This document shows, in pieces, positions 41,702-51,529 of a DNA stretch of 64,000 nucleotides. Numbering within the stretch: the stretch's first letter is position 1; every line of letters begins with the position of its first letter. This DNA comes from Nitrosopumilus sp. Its GTDB lineage: Archaea > Thermoproteota > Nitrososphaeria > Nitrososphaerales > Nitrosopumilaceae. The stretch is taken from contig OZ244732.1 in the NCBI GenBank assembly GCA_965219345.1, positions 960,001 through 1,024,000 of the forward strand, given 5' to 3'. The notes under the pieces are model-generated. The model saw nothing but the letters and a program-made list of their open reading frames with translations. It had not been told where the DNA came from and did not search any database. The position numbers were made by a program, and so were the translations under genes.

Positions 41702-41971
41702 TTATTTCATATCAATTTGGACAAAATCATCCGTATCTGCATGAATGCAGTCAGTTCCAACTGCTTTTAGAGGTGAAAAACTAATTTTGCCATCATGAAC
41801 CTTTCCTTCATTTTGAAGAATTCCAATTTTGCCAGATACAATTTGTTTATGCTTTTCACAGGTCACTCCAACCATGTATTCATCCGGATCGGAAATAACT
41901 GATACGACAAATTCAGGAGGGTTGACACATTGTTTTCCCTCTTCTAATACTGAGCACTTGTCTGGAAGCAT
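41702..41971 (-). CDS. conserved hypothetical Cys/His protein
   Basis: CVNPP..GVTCEKH..GTDCIH. Confidence 0.75.
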   Translation of the reverse strand: MLPDKCSVLEEGKQCVNPPEFVVSVISDPDEYMVGVTCEKHKQIVSGKIGILQNEGKVHDGKISFSPLKAVGTDCIHADTDDFVQIDMK

Positions 41972-41997
41972 AATCGAATTTCAACTGCTATGGGATA

Positions 41998-43320
41998 TTA
42001 AGCTTGATTGATTACATCATCAAAATTCCAAATGGATTCTTTAGAATTTTCCTTGTAATCTAAAAATCCTTTTTCTTGAAGTTTTTGAACGATAAAAGCA
42101 GAGTATGCTGGAGCGCCAGTTGCACCGGGAGAATTATAGTTGATTATGTTGAAGGAATGTTCATTTTCAAGCTCCATCACATCCAACAAAAATTTTCCCT
42201 GAGGGGCGATAATCGGAGAGCGAATACCTGCGGTTCCTTTTTTTGAGAAAAATTCAGGTTTTACTTTTGGAATAAACCTTTGTACGCGACTGATCATTGC
42301 AGTTTTTGAAATAGAACTGAGCCATTCTTTTGAAATTAGGGACAAGAATTCAGGATTAGAAAATAGTTTTTTTGCATTACCGGCAACCACATCTTTCAGT
42401 TTTGAAAGTGAGGTCCCTAAATCTCCAATGTACCCTTCATAAGTTTCTGGGCTTGGGACTGGAACTGCATTTGGACCGACCTCTGCTTGACCATTTGCTT
42501 TTTTTATCCAATGTGGGTCCAAGAACGGATATCCTTTGAATTCTGCCACGGTGTAAATTGATGTTTTTACAAGGTCACTGTATTGAGGATCTGCAATCCA
42601 ATATTCGCCTCTAAAATGAAGATCAGAGTATTCTGTTGCAAGACCTAGCATCTGTGCAACATCTAAAGAATTTCCCCCTGCACAATTAATCACAAGATTT
42701 GCAGAAACATTTGAACCATCATTAAAAATTATTGAAGAATCTTTTTCATTTCTTTTAATGTCTTTCACATTTTTTTCTAAAAGAAAATTTGTTCCTAGTT
42801 TTTCTGATTCTTTTTTTATTTCATTTGTAAATATGCCAAAGTCAGAAGACACCTCACGCTTACAATAAACTGCAGAGTGACACTCTACATTAGGTTCCAT
42901 TTTAGAAACGTCTTTGCCATCTAAAAGTTCTAGATCTTGCGAAGGAATTCGGTTTTCATCACCCCATTGCATAAATTCTTCAAGACTTTTGTGTTGTTCC
43001 TCATTTAGTGCTAATTCCAGTACGCCAGTTCTTTCCCATGGAACATTTGCTTTTTTTGCAAGTTTTTCCCACATATCATAGGAGATTAGAGCTGATTTTG
43101 CAAGAACTTTTTTTGTTTTAGGATCAAGATAAAATGGAGAATGCACTACACCAGTATTTCTGCTGCTTGCATGCATAGAAACATTTGACTCCTTTTCAAT
43201 TACACACAAATTTACGTCATAAAGTGATGAAATCCAATAAGAGATACTAGTACCTAAGATACCTCCACCGATAATGGCAATATCATATTTTGACACAACT
43301 AAATCAGATAATCCAGACAT
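41998..43320 (-). CDS. FAD-dependent oxidoreductase, L-2-hydroxyglutarate oxidase-like
   Basis: IIGGGILG, HASSRNTGVVH, FRGEY, SPGATGAPA. Confidence 0.88.
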   Translation of the reverse strand: MSGLSDLVVSKYDIAIIGGGILGTSISYWISSLYDVNLCVIEKESNVSMHASSRNTGVVHSPFYLDPKTKKVLAKSALISYDMWEKLAKKANVPWERTGVLELALNEEQHKSLEEFMQWGDENRIPSQDLELLDGKDVSKMEPNVECHSAVYCKREVSSDFGIFTNEIKKESEKLGTNFLLEKNVKDIKRNEKDSSIIFNDGSNVSANLVINCAGGNSLDVAQMLGLATEYSDLHFRGEYWIADPQYSDLVKTSIYTVAEFKGYPFLDPHWIKKANGQAEVGPNAVPVPSPETYEGYIGDLGTSLSKLKDVVAGNAKKLFSNPEFLSLISKEWLSSISKTAMISRVQRFIPKVKPEFFSKKGTAGIRSPIIAPQGKFLLDVMELENEHSFNIINYNSPGATGAPAYSAFIVQKLQEKGFLDYKENSKESIWNFDDVINQA

Positions 43321-43321
43321 T

Positions 43322-43995
43322 AATGGATTTTGAAATTAAGAATGGTGTTGGGAGGGAGATCTGTCACCTTTCCCAAACCAAAGGTAACAGAAACACAATC
43401 ATCGCCGTGACAATTGGAATGCAGATAAGATCAAACGGAAGTCGTATCGAACCATCTGCTTTATTGATACATACCCGCTTCCAATGGCAATTGCATTTGG
43501 TGTAGCAGTTCCAACTGGCATCCAATCAAAGAAAATTATCTCACCTCCTGCAATCGAATCACCTAGAGAAACAAAAAGTGCATCAGGTGCAGTACCAATC
43601 AGAGTTGCCATCCCTCCCAGACTGGCAGCATATGCAACACACAGTATCAGACATGTTGCAAATCTTTTTTTTGTGTAACATTTACTTGTGATATCACGGC
43701 AATTGCAATTGGAAGGATTAGCAAGGTGGTTGCGGTGTTTGTAATCCAAGCACTCATGCATCCCGTGACAATTATGAATCCTAAAACGATATTTTTTGGT
43801 TTTGTTCCTACTATTTTCAGAGTGTTTAATGCAAATCGCTTGTGAAGATTTACTTTTTCTATTGTCTTTGCAGTCAGAAACCCACCCATCAGTAAAAATA
43901 CCAACCTGTCATCATACGCAGAAATTACCTTGTCAATGTCTGCCACATTAAGCAGTGGAAATACAAATAATGGAATTGGCGCAGTAACATAAAAT
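43322..43995 (-). pseudogene. SLC13/DASS di/tricarboxylate:Na+ symporter, fragmented
   Basis: FLLMGGF, SAWITNTAT, YAASLGGMATLIGT and MPVGTATPNAIA motifs in different frames with internal deletion. Confidence 0.88.
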
Positions 43996-44542
43996 GGGAT
44001 GGTAAGTTATCTACTGCAGTATTGAATCTGTCGGTAGCTTCAAGACCAGTTTCAACAGCTAAACGGTATTTTCTATCATATGTACCAATAGTGGCAAAGT
44101 ATGAACGCTCAGAAGTACTAGAATCTTGGGAATAACTTGCATCAACTTCAGCATCAACTTCAGCATCAACTGCAGGTGAAGAATAAGACAGTCCTGCTGA
44201 AACAGACAGACTACTAGATAGTTCTTTAATTGACATATGCACATGTTTAATCACTTGATAATCATCAGTACTATCAAGGACCAAACTTTCAGATACAAGG
44301 TAATGACTGTCACCGATTTGCACTTCAATAATATCATCATTATCAAAATCAAATAACGCAATTGGAACTGGATTATCTTTGGAAATTCCTAGTTATGTCA
44401 ACACCATAAAATTGACTGATTCTAGGTATTAGAAGAGCGTCAGAAGTTGAAACAGAATCTAGTTCGGTATTCATGACTGGCGCAGAACTTTTCAAACAAG
44501 TGGAAAAAATGATAGAAAAAAATAACCAGGAAATAAACTCAT
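43996..44542 (-). pseudogene. MACPF/perforin-like protein N-terminal remnant
   Basis: Signal-like N-terminus, GVDIT / PIALFDF, SSSLSVSAGLS..ASYS, FNTAVDNLPSHF; frameshift near 44390; truncated before the GTH motif. Confidence 0.55.
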
Positions 44543-44640
44543 TACGTCCAAACTATCACCCATTTTAACAGATTCTGCGAAATTAATATATGATGTTAAT
44601 TAAAACATAATTTGAAAGAAATTATAGTAGTTCTCAAAGT

Positions 44641-45183
44641 TTATTGTTGAACTGATGATTTAATTAATTCAGGAAATCCTGCCTGTTTTAGTCCTATATC
44701 ATTTTGTAACTGTTGTATTCTAGAGGCATAATGAAATGCATTTTTGTAATCACGATCTAATTGGGCTTTTTTGTATTCTGCCCAGCATTCCTGTAACTCA
44801 TTCCATATTTCACTAATATCAAAGCCAGATTTTGTTTGAATTGGTTTATCGAATTTGATCATAGTTTCGATGAAAAAAATACTATCCTTTGTCAAGTGTA
44901 AAATTTGATTAAGTAATTCGTCAAAATGAAAATTATTGAGCGGAATTTTTTTATTAAATTCAGTTAAAAAATAAAATTTTGAAAAACCAACTTCTGGAAT
45001 CCTATATCTAGTTGAATGTGACTTTCCCAATTCTTCCAAATTGTTTAACGAGTCTTGTACCTGTCTTGGAGAATAATGATTTTCCAATATGATTTCAATT
45101 GCCGCTTCATGTCTCGGAGTTATTTTTGGGCGATTTGATGAATCATAGAATATTTTTAGAATTTCTTGTTCAATTTCTCGCAT
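44641..45183 (-). CDS. hypothetical, probably chimeric (wHTH-like fragment + small helical protein starting MIKFDK)
   Basis: Two compositionally distinct halves joined by an AT-rich linker. Confidence 0.45.
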   Translation of the reverse strand: MREIEQEILKIFYDSSNRPKITPRHEAAIEIILENHYSPRQVQDSLNNLEELGKSHSTRYRIPEVGFSKFYFLTEFNKKIPLNNFHFDELLNQILHLTKDSIFFIETMIKFDKPIQTKSGFDISEIWNELQECWAEYKKAQLDRDYKNAFHYASRIQQLQNDIGLKQAGFPELIKSSVQQ

Positions 45184-45362
45184 TATTTAATTGACATTTT
45201 ATTTAAAGTTGAATTTTTCGCAAAAAATTTCTATTTTTCATACCTAATTCTTTACTTTTTACGTTGAGCTAGGTTTTTATGCTTTAATCCGTGAGCAATG
45301 TATAGTCAGTTCATAGATCTATGTATACTAGGATCTTTGATCTAACTAGAGGTTGATCATAG

Positions 45363-45959
45363 ATGGTAAAATTCAAAACAAAAGAAGAAAATATGCAATT
45401 ACGGTACATGCTAGAGAATCCAGCATTTACTCAAAGACAGATGTCTAGAGATATTGGCATCAATCATGGGGCAAGAATTAGTAGTTTTGTAAGATGGCTT
45501 GAGAGTTTCAAATTTGTTAAAAAAACAATTGACGAGAAAGGAAAACCAATTTACCAAGTTCCATCCAGACAAGCATTACTAGCTTTCTACAATCGATTTC
45601 GAGATATGCAAAATGAAAAAATTGGAACTTATACCATTGGTCCTGATCCGGATTTTACAATGAAATATCTAAGTAAAAATGGAGGAATAATGTGTTTAAC
45701 AAGTGCACTGAAATTTTATGATGATTATGCAAGAGATCCTGAATTACATGCATATGTAGAAAATCCATCATTACTTGAAGAAGTCCAGTCTTCAGAAGGC
45801 AAAATAAAAGTTCATCTATATTGGTACAAATATCCTGACGATTCAAGAATGGAAGACGAAGTTAAGATTACATCACCAACTAGAACAATAATGGATCTTT
45901 ATTGTAGCAATATGGCATATTTGGCTGAGCGTTTAATCTCCCGAAAGTGGTATCTATGA
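45363..45959 (+). CDS. AbiEi-like type IV antitoxin (wHTH + C-terminal domain)
   Basis: FTQRQMSRDIGI HTH; CLTSAL, ITSPTRTIMDLY. Confidence 0.75.
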   Translation: MVKFKTKEENMQLRYMLENPAFTQRQMSRDIGINHGARISSFVRWLESFKFVKKTIDEKGKPIYQVPSRQALLAFYNRFRDMQNEKIGTYTIGPDPDFTMKYLSKNGGIMCLTSALKFYDDYARDPELHAYVENPSLLEEVQSSEGKIKVHLYWYKYPDDSRMEDEVKITSPTRTIMDLYCSNMAYLAERLISRKWYL

Positions 45960-46684
45960 GTTATGATGATTATGATAAAAAATTTACGGATGTAAGCTTT
46001 GATGAATTAAAAAAATTTTTGAGATGGATGAATGAAAAGAAGGGGATATACCCCATAATTATTGGAGGTTGGGCAGTATACGCCTACAAACAGGCACTAG
46101 GTTCAAAGGATATAGATGTAGTAATGCCAACAGACAAAGATCTTAATGACGTACTATTAACGGAATATTTTCCTGCTAACGGATATGATGTAAAAAAAGA
46201 TCAATTTTTCAATCCAAAATATTATGTAAAAGAAGTAGAAGATAAAGGCAGGACAAAAGAAATTATTGTGGATGTATTTATCGGCAATTTTTCAAAAGAG
46301 GATGAAGAAGGATTAGGAATAAAATTCCACTGGGAAGAAGTTATGAAACATCAAGAGCTGAAGGAATTGGGAAGTCTTTCGTTATACGTCCCAAAGCTCG
46401 AATTATTGGTATTTTTGAAGGTTGTAGCCTCACTAGAACGTACTTCAAAGTATGATAAAACAGGCGATCCCAATATTCCTTCAAAAATTTGGAAGGATTA
46501 TTATGACATTGCAATATTGATTTCATTGAACAAGTTAGACAAGGAATTATTAAGTAAATTTCTACAAGAGTCTAATGTTCAACAATATGTAGAAAGGTTT
46601 CTTTTGGGATACAAAACAGATTATTCTAAAATTTTAGATGATTTAGGCATGACATATCAAAATTTAGAGGGTTGTTTCAATTAA
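45947..46684 (+). CDS. AbiEii-like nucleotidyltransferase toxin
   Basis: IIIGGWAV..SKDIDVV pol-beta NTase motif, LVFLK, KDYYDI; overlaps the antitoxin. Confidence 0.78.
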   Translation: MVSMSYDDYDKKFTDVSFDELKKFLRWMNEKKGIYPIIIGGWAVYAYKQALGSKDIDVVMPTDKDLNDVLLTEYFPANGYDVKKDQFFNPKYYVKEVEDKGRTKEIIVDVFIGNFSKEDEEGLGIKFHWEEVMKHQELKELGSLSLYVPKLELLVFLKVVASLERTSKYDKTGDPNIPSKIWKDYYDIAILISLNKLDKELLSKFLQESNVQQYVERFLLGYKTDYSKILDDLGMTYQNLEGCFN

Positions 46685-47343
46685 AGCAAAGAAGCTTTCA
46701 ATGTAATTGTTAGGTGTATATCAATAACGTGCACGGGATTTAAAAGAATAGTTTGACACCTTCAATGTATTTTCATATCGGAACTGGGGAGTTAACGGGA
46801 TCTGATTCCTCCTGGGAAACGTTGGGAGCTGGAACAAGGAATCTGCAAGCCCCAACTTTACACTGCCACCTTTGTAAAATATTACGTTCTGCATTGGTAT
46901 CACTTATTGCAGGAATGAAGAATAAAATCAGTAATGGGATACTATTTTTTATTCAATTCATCAAGAGTCTATAATATCCAAATAGATTGTATCATCAGAA
47001 CGAGAATACATTGCTTTGTAGTCCTTATTGCTTCCCATTATAGCTCCTTGTGCATTCATGACTTCTTCTTCTTCTGTTGCATCAGCATCTAAAAATTTCA
47101 ACCATACACGATTAAAACAAAGCATAAAGTGTTCTTGACTTCTAATTCGTGAAATTTAGATCTAAAATCTTTTGGTTTTTCTAGATTAACCATCTCTGAG
47201 CTCGGCTACAAAATCTTTAAAACAATTTGACTTTGTAGTAGCCTCTCCTAGTGTTTTTTTGAAAGCTTCTAATTCTTCTTTTGTGCTGGATTCAAATATT
47301 TCTCGCATATTGTGTATTATTCCAGTAGTCGGAAATATGCCTC

Positions 47344-47878
47344 TTAGGCAGATCCTCCGACATCATACGGTTGACCCGCCATCCTGCATAATTCCAACGC
47401 AGCCATTGCCGTAGCATATGCGACAAGTGCCAGGGTTACCCGATCATAATTTGAATCTGTTCGGTACTGCTCCACTGCCCATGCATTGTACATGAACATC
47501 GAGACGTGAAACATGATTCCCCTAAATGACGCATTGCGGCTTGTTGTCCTCGGACGCACCTGCTCGACCTGCTTGTATCCTGTCTCTATTCCCCACCTAC
47601 TCTTGTACTCATCTGGAAGCGTCTCAATCTCTTCTAATGCCTTGGCTGGGGAAAGGTTGGTGGCAAAGACATTGTATCTTTCCGTGATGTCAGCATCAGG
47701 ATCGTCTATCTTTTTTGATGGCGTGATTATCAATGTAAATGTGGCAGACTGACCTGCTGCGTTTCTGATGGCGTACTGTGAGACTGCCTTGCGTGATTTA
47801 TCGTGGTGCTCCCGTATCATCCTCTTTATCCCCGCGTTCTTGACTGCAGGCATCAGGAACTTGCATCTATGTTCTGAT
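47344..47878 (-). pseudogene. ISH3-type transposase, C-terminal part
   Basis: FATN and YKSRWGIETGYK (YREK-type) motifs. Confidence 0.88.
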
Positions 47879-47952
47879 GGTTCTGTAACGTTATCGTTAC
47901 CTGAAAACACGATCTTCTAAGGATTGAGATTTTACAAGCTAAAATGATGATA

Positions 47953-49095
47953 TTATTGATATTGACTAAGTGAGGCGTTTTGAATGATGGTCTTCCACTT
48001 GTTATTTCCATCAACTAGAATACCAGCTAATTCGGCTGGAGTCTTCTTGCCAATTCCACCATGCTTCTTTGAGAAATTGTAAAATGTCTGAAATCCGTCA
48101 AAGAGAGGACTGTCCATCTTTTTTATTCCCCTGTATGATACTTCCCTGTCTCTGATTGTACCGTTCAATCGCTCCATTCTGTTGTTGTTTTTGTCGCCTT
48201 TCATGTGGATATGGCGTATATGTTTCGTGTCTTTACATAGGAAATTCTTGGCCTTGTAGTTATTTTTCCATGCCTCATGGAAATTATGAGCTCCATCAGA
48301 GATTAGGGTTTTTGGTATCTTGTCTGCAATCATCATGGCTTCCCTGAACATTGGGTTTACATTTTCAGTACCTTTTGTATTTGCCACATATTGGGTAATC
48401 ATAAATCTGGTCTCATGGTCTAACATGGAATACTGGAGTTTCATATTGCCTTTTATCTTCATAAAAATCTCATCTGTTCTCCAAGTTTCAGATACCCTTG
48501 GAACTATGCCCTTTACGTAATCTGCAACCATCTTAGAGTATTTTTCAATCCATCTGTATACTGTCATGTGAGATACCTTGATGTCCTCCTGTTCAAAAGC
48601 ATCTGCAATATCCCTGACACTCATTCCTGCAAAGTACGATTGTAAGGCACGTGTAATTAGTACGTCCTTTGATCTCATTTTCTCAAAACCTAAATTTAGT
48701 GTGAATATCTTCTTACAATCCTTGCATTTGTATTGCTGGGTATTGCCTTTCCTGTTTTTTCTGATTCCCTTTTTGGTTAACCTGCCTGATGAACAGAACT
48801 TGCATAATGGGAGTTTTGACTGATCCATCATTCTAAATTCCTGTCTGGTATTACTTTGATTCTTTTTGATTAGTTCCAGTACAATCTTGATGTGCTTGCA
48901 GTCTGATTTTCTTTTGATGTGGTCTGGACAATCGCAAATTAACCCACCATCTGTCCTTGATATGATATAGTGAATCTGTGGTATGCTTTGTGATCTTACG
49001 CTGAATTTTTCAGGACTGAACTGTTTTACACAGTTTGGTTTTTCCATCATTTGTCTGGCTCTCTGGGTTCTTGGGTTCATACAATAAGGTATCAT
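47953..49095 (-). CDS. IS6-family DDE transposase with N-terminal SWIM and zinc-ribbon domains
   Basis: CDCPD..CKH, CKFC..YKCKDC, HTH, WRTDE, LISDG, NNNRMERLNG; uninterrupted. Confidence 0.92.
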   Translation of the reverse strand: MIPYCMNPRTQRARQMMEKPNCVKQFSPEKFSVRSQSIPQIHYIISRTDGGLICDCPDHIKRKSDCKHIKIVLELIKKNQSNTRQEFRMMDQSKLPLCKFCSSGRLTKKGIRKNRKGNTQQYKCKDCKKIFTLNLGFEKMRSKDVLITRALQSYFAGMSVRDIADAFEQEDIKVSHMTVYRWIEKYSKMVADYVKGIVPRVSETWRTDEIFMKIKGNMKLQYSMLDHETRFMITQYVANTKGTENVNPMFREAMMIADKIPKTLISDGAHNFHEAWKNNYKAKNFLCKDTKHIRHIHMKGDKNNNRMERLNGTIRDREVSYRGIKKMDSPLFDGFQTFYNFSKKHGGIGKKTPAELAGILVDGNNKWKTIIQNASLSQYQ

Positions 49096-49180
49096 TTACG
49101 GTAATATAAACATAAGGTAATAATTAAGGTATCAATACAATAAGGTAATAATAAATACCAGTACCTTATTTGATACCTTA
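49085..49180. promoter_or_regulatory. TAAGGTA heptamer array in divergent promoter
   Basis: TAAGGTA at 49085, 49113, 49125 and 49141; inverted TACCTTA at 49162 and 49174. Confidence 0.7.
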
Positions 49181-49347
49181 TGGTAGAGTCTACAAAACTG
49201 CAAGCTGCAAATATAGCCAAGTCACTTAGAGCTACTGTGCCTATGTCAATAGTCAAACAACTTGAATTGAACGAAGGCGATTATCTCGAATGGGATTTGG
49301 ACAAAGACAGTAAGGGTTGGGTTGTCAAGGTGAGGAGGAGAAAGTGA
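49180..49347 (+). CDS. AbrB/MazE/SpoVT-family DNA-binding protein (55 aa)
   Basis: MVESTKLQAANIAKSLRATVPMSIVKQLELNEGDYLEWDLDKDSKGWVVKVRRRK; below the ORF-track cutoff. Confidence 0.85.
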   Translation: MVESTKLQAANIAKSLRATVPMSIVKQLELNEGDYLEWDLDKDSKGWVVKVRRRK

Positions 49348-49354
49348 GATCAAT

Positions 49355-50224
49355 TTGATCAATTCAAAACTTAAACGTAAAGGAGTAAGGGTAAATGTAA
49401 CATTGAGACAAAAGACAAAACTCAAAGTTGATTTGGATAAAATCTACAATGAGAACTGTCTTAAGACGATGGCAAAAATGCCTGATAATTTTCTAGACCT
49501 TGTGATTACATCTCCTCCTTATGATAACATGAGACGATATGATGGCAATACCTTTTGTGAGTTTGAGCAGATAGCTGCGGAATTGTATCGTGTAATAAAA
49601 GTAGGCGGAGTCGTTGTATGGGTTGTAGGTGATCAGACTAAGAGTGGTGACGAAAGCGGGTCATCGTTCAAACACGCTTTGTATTTTAAAAAAATTGGTT
49701 TTAACCTGTTTGATACGATGATATATCTAAAACCCCCTCGTGGTGCAGTGGGAAATAACAAGACATACTGGCAGACATTCGAGTACATGTTTGTATTGTC
49801 AAAAGGACTGCCTAAAACAATCAATCTGCTAATGGACAGAGAAAACAAGGATGCAAGAGATGGTGATAACGGCACAAAGCGTCTGCATAACGGCAATCTG
49901 AAAAAACTAAGACGTGGAGGATATGAAAAAAATGGCAGAAGAACCAACGTATGGCAGTATAATATCGGCAATGGACATTCCGCAACCGACAGTTTCGCAC
50001 ACAAACACCCTGCAATCTTTCCTGAAAGTCTGGCAGAAGATCATATTTTGTCGTGGAGTGATAAGAACGATATCGTGTATGATCCATTTATGGGATCAGG
50101 AACCACTGCAAAGATGGTAATGCTAAACAAGCGTCACTATATTGGCAGTGAGATAAGCAAGGATTATTACAAGCTCGCAAATGACCGAATAAAGGATTGT
50201 CAGACCCAGATGCGACTAAGTTAA
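49355..50224 (+). CDS. beta-class amino-DNA methyltransferase (SPPY, likely m4C)
   Basis: LVITSPPY (motif IV), HPAIFP, VYDPFMGSGTT (motif I). Confidence 0.93.
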   Translation: MINSKLKRKGVRVNVTLRQKTKLKVDLDKIYNENCLKTMAKMPDNFLDLVITSPPYDNMRRYDGNTFCEFEQIAAELYRVIKVGGVVVWVVGDQTKSGDESGSSFKHALYFKKIGFNLFDTMIYLKPPRGAVGNNKTYWQTFEYMFVLSKGLPKTINLLMDRENKDARDGDNGTKRLHNGNLKKLRRGGYEKNGRRTNVWQYNIGNGHSATDSFAHKHPAIFPESLAEDHILSWSDKNDIVYDPFMGSGTTAKMVMLNKRHYIGSEISKDYYKLANDRIKDCQTQMRLS

Positions 50225-50616
50225 AATGGTGTCGAGAGTGCAAACGGGATAAACTGGGAATACATTTTGCCAAGAACCAGTTTGGAAAAGATAACAGAAT
50301 ACTACGCAGACCTGTCTGCAAGGAATGTTATGCCAAAAAGAAGACAATAGACCCAAAGCTAAGGCGTGAATATTTAAAAAAACATCCTGCACCTGCAATA
50401 GGCAAGAGATTTACCTGTCCAATATGTCAAAAATCAAAAATCAGGGAACACAATAACGAGGTAAACCTTGATCATAACCATAAAACAGGCAAGATTAGGG
50501 GATGGATATGTAGCAGCTGTAACACAAGCATAGGCAAATTCAATGAGGATGTGAACGTCCTTGAAAGGGCAATCAAGTGGCTAAAGGGAACATTGCTGTC
50601 CTTCTTCTTCTTGTGA
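50197..50616 (+). CDS. Hpy99I-like / endonuclease VII-fold (beta-beta-alpha-Me) type II restriction endonuclease
   Basis: CREC..F.KNQ..RPVCKEC, FTCPIC, LDHNHKTGKIRGWICSSCNTSIG; overlaps the MTase stop. Confidence 0.8.
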   Translation: MSDPDATKLKWCRECKRDKLGIHFAKNQFGKDNRILRRPVCKECYAKKKTIDPKLRREYLKKHPAPAIGKRFTCPICQKSKIREHNNEVNLDHNHKTGKIRGWICSSCNTSIGKFNEDVNVLERAIKWLKGTLLSFFFL

Positions 50617-50720
50617 AGCGACGGTACTTAACACGGATAATCAGGCGACGCTAACTTAGCAATACCTTGAATCAATCCTTAGAAGATCGTGTTTTCAGGT
50701 AACGATAACGTTACAGAACC

Positions 50721-51435
50721 GTTCTGATACAAGATTGATTATTTCAGTAGAGTAGAACTCGCGGTCCATCAGCAGCAGCCGGGCCCGTATCCTGTAACCC
50801 TTGAGTTTTTGTACGAATTTACGCACAAAATCGGCATCATCCACGCTGCGCGTTACCTGCATGCACTCCAAAATGGCAGGAACCCGTTCTGCTACCACAT
50901 GCATTGTTGCGTAACACTCGAACTTACTTGTACCGCCCTTTGGTTTGGATCTTGTCAAATGTGACATGTTGTCCTTGTCATGCCTTGGTATCAGGTGCTT
51001 GTCTATTGCTACTAGTACGCCTCCCTTGTATCGGCATGTATTCTTGGCAAGTCTTGCGGTGCGTGTGAGCATGTCCCTGCAGAGTTTGTCTGCACTGCCT
51101 GATCCCAGCGAGTTTATCCTGTTGCGAAACCACTTGGGTGATGGCATCTTCTTTTCTGCGTGCTTGAGAAGCCTGATTGCTTCCTCGGAAGCTATGTTGG
51201 ATTCAGACATCTTCATCAGTATGGCTACAAACTCGCTTACCCCATATTGAGCATTCTTCCTAGTAGAGAATCCTATGGATGAAGACTCTAGTATTGCTGA
51301 CAAGGTATTAAGTATCCTTTCTCCAATCTTGTTACGGTGTACCTGCCCACCTTTTTGCACTAACACTAAGGTGGGTAAGGGCACTGTAGATAATAGATCT
51401 GTATGATCGAAAAATGTTAACGCATCAGAGAGCAT
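50721..51435 (-). pseudogene. ISH3-type transposase, N-terminal part
   Basis: VAIDKH and LLMDREFYS motifs; joins the C-terminal part in frame (INLVSE|HRCKF) after removing the nested element. Confidence 0.88.
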
Positions 51436-51529
51436 CTGTTGGCTGGTTTTATGGGGACATTTCCGACTACTGCATTCAATATAGGGTTAATAAATATGAA
51501 CCACTTTCCTTGATAAAGAGACTAATTAA

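Larger units (their letters stand above)
47879..50720. mobile_element. 2,842-bp IS6-family passenger-carrying transposon (restriction-modification cargo)
   Basis: Perfect 49-bp TIRs (47879-47927, 50672-50720) beginning GGTTCTGTAACG; 8-bp TSD GTTCTGAT at 47871-47878 and 50721-50728. Confidence 0.95.
47323..51472 (-). mobile_element. ISH3-type (IS4-like) IS interrupted by a nested element
   Basis: 14-bp TIR CAGTAGTCGGAAAT / ATTTCCGACTACTG; 5-bp flanks TATTC / CATTC. Confidence 0.88.
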
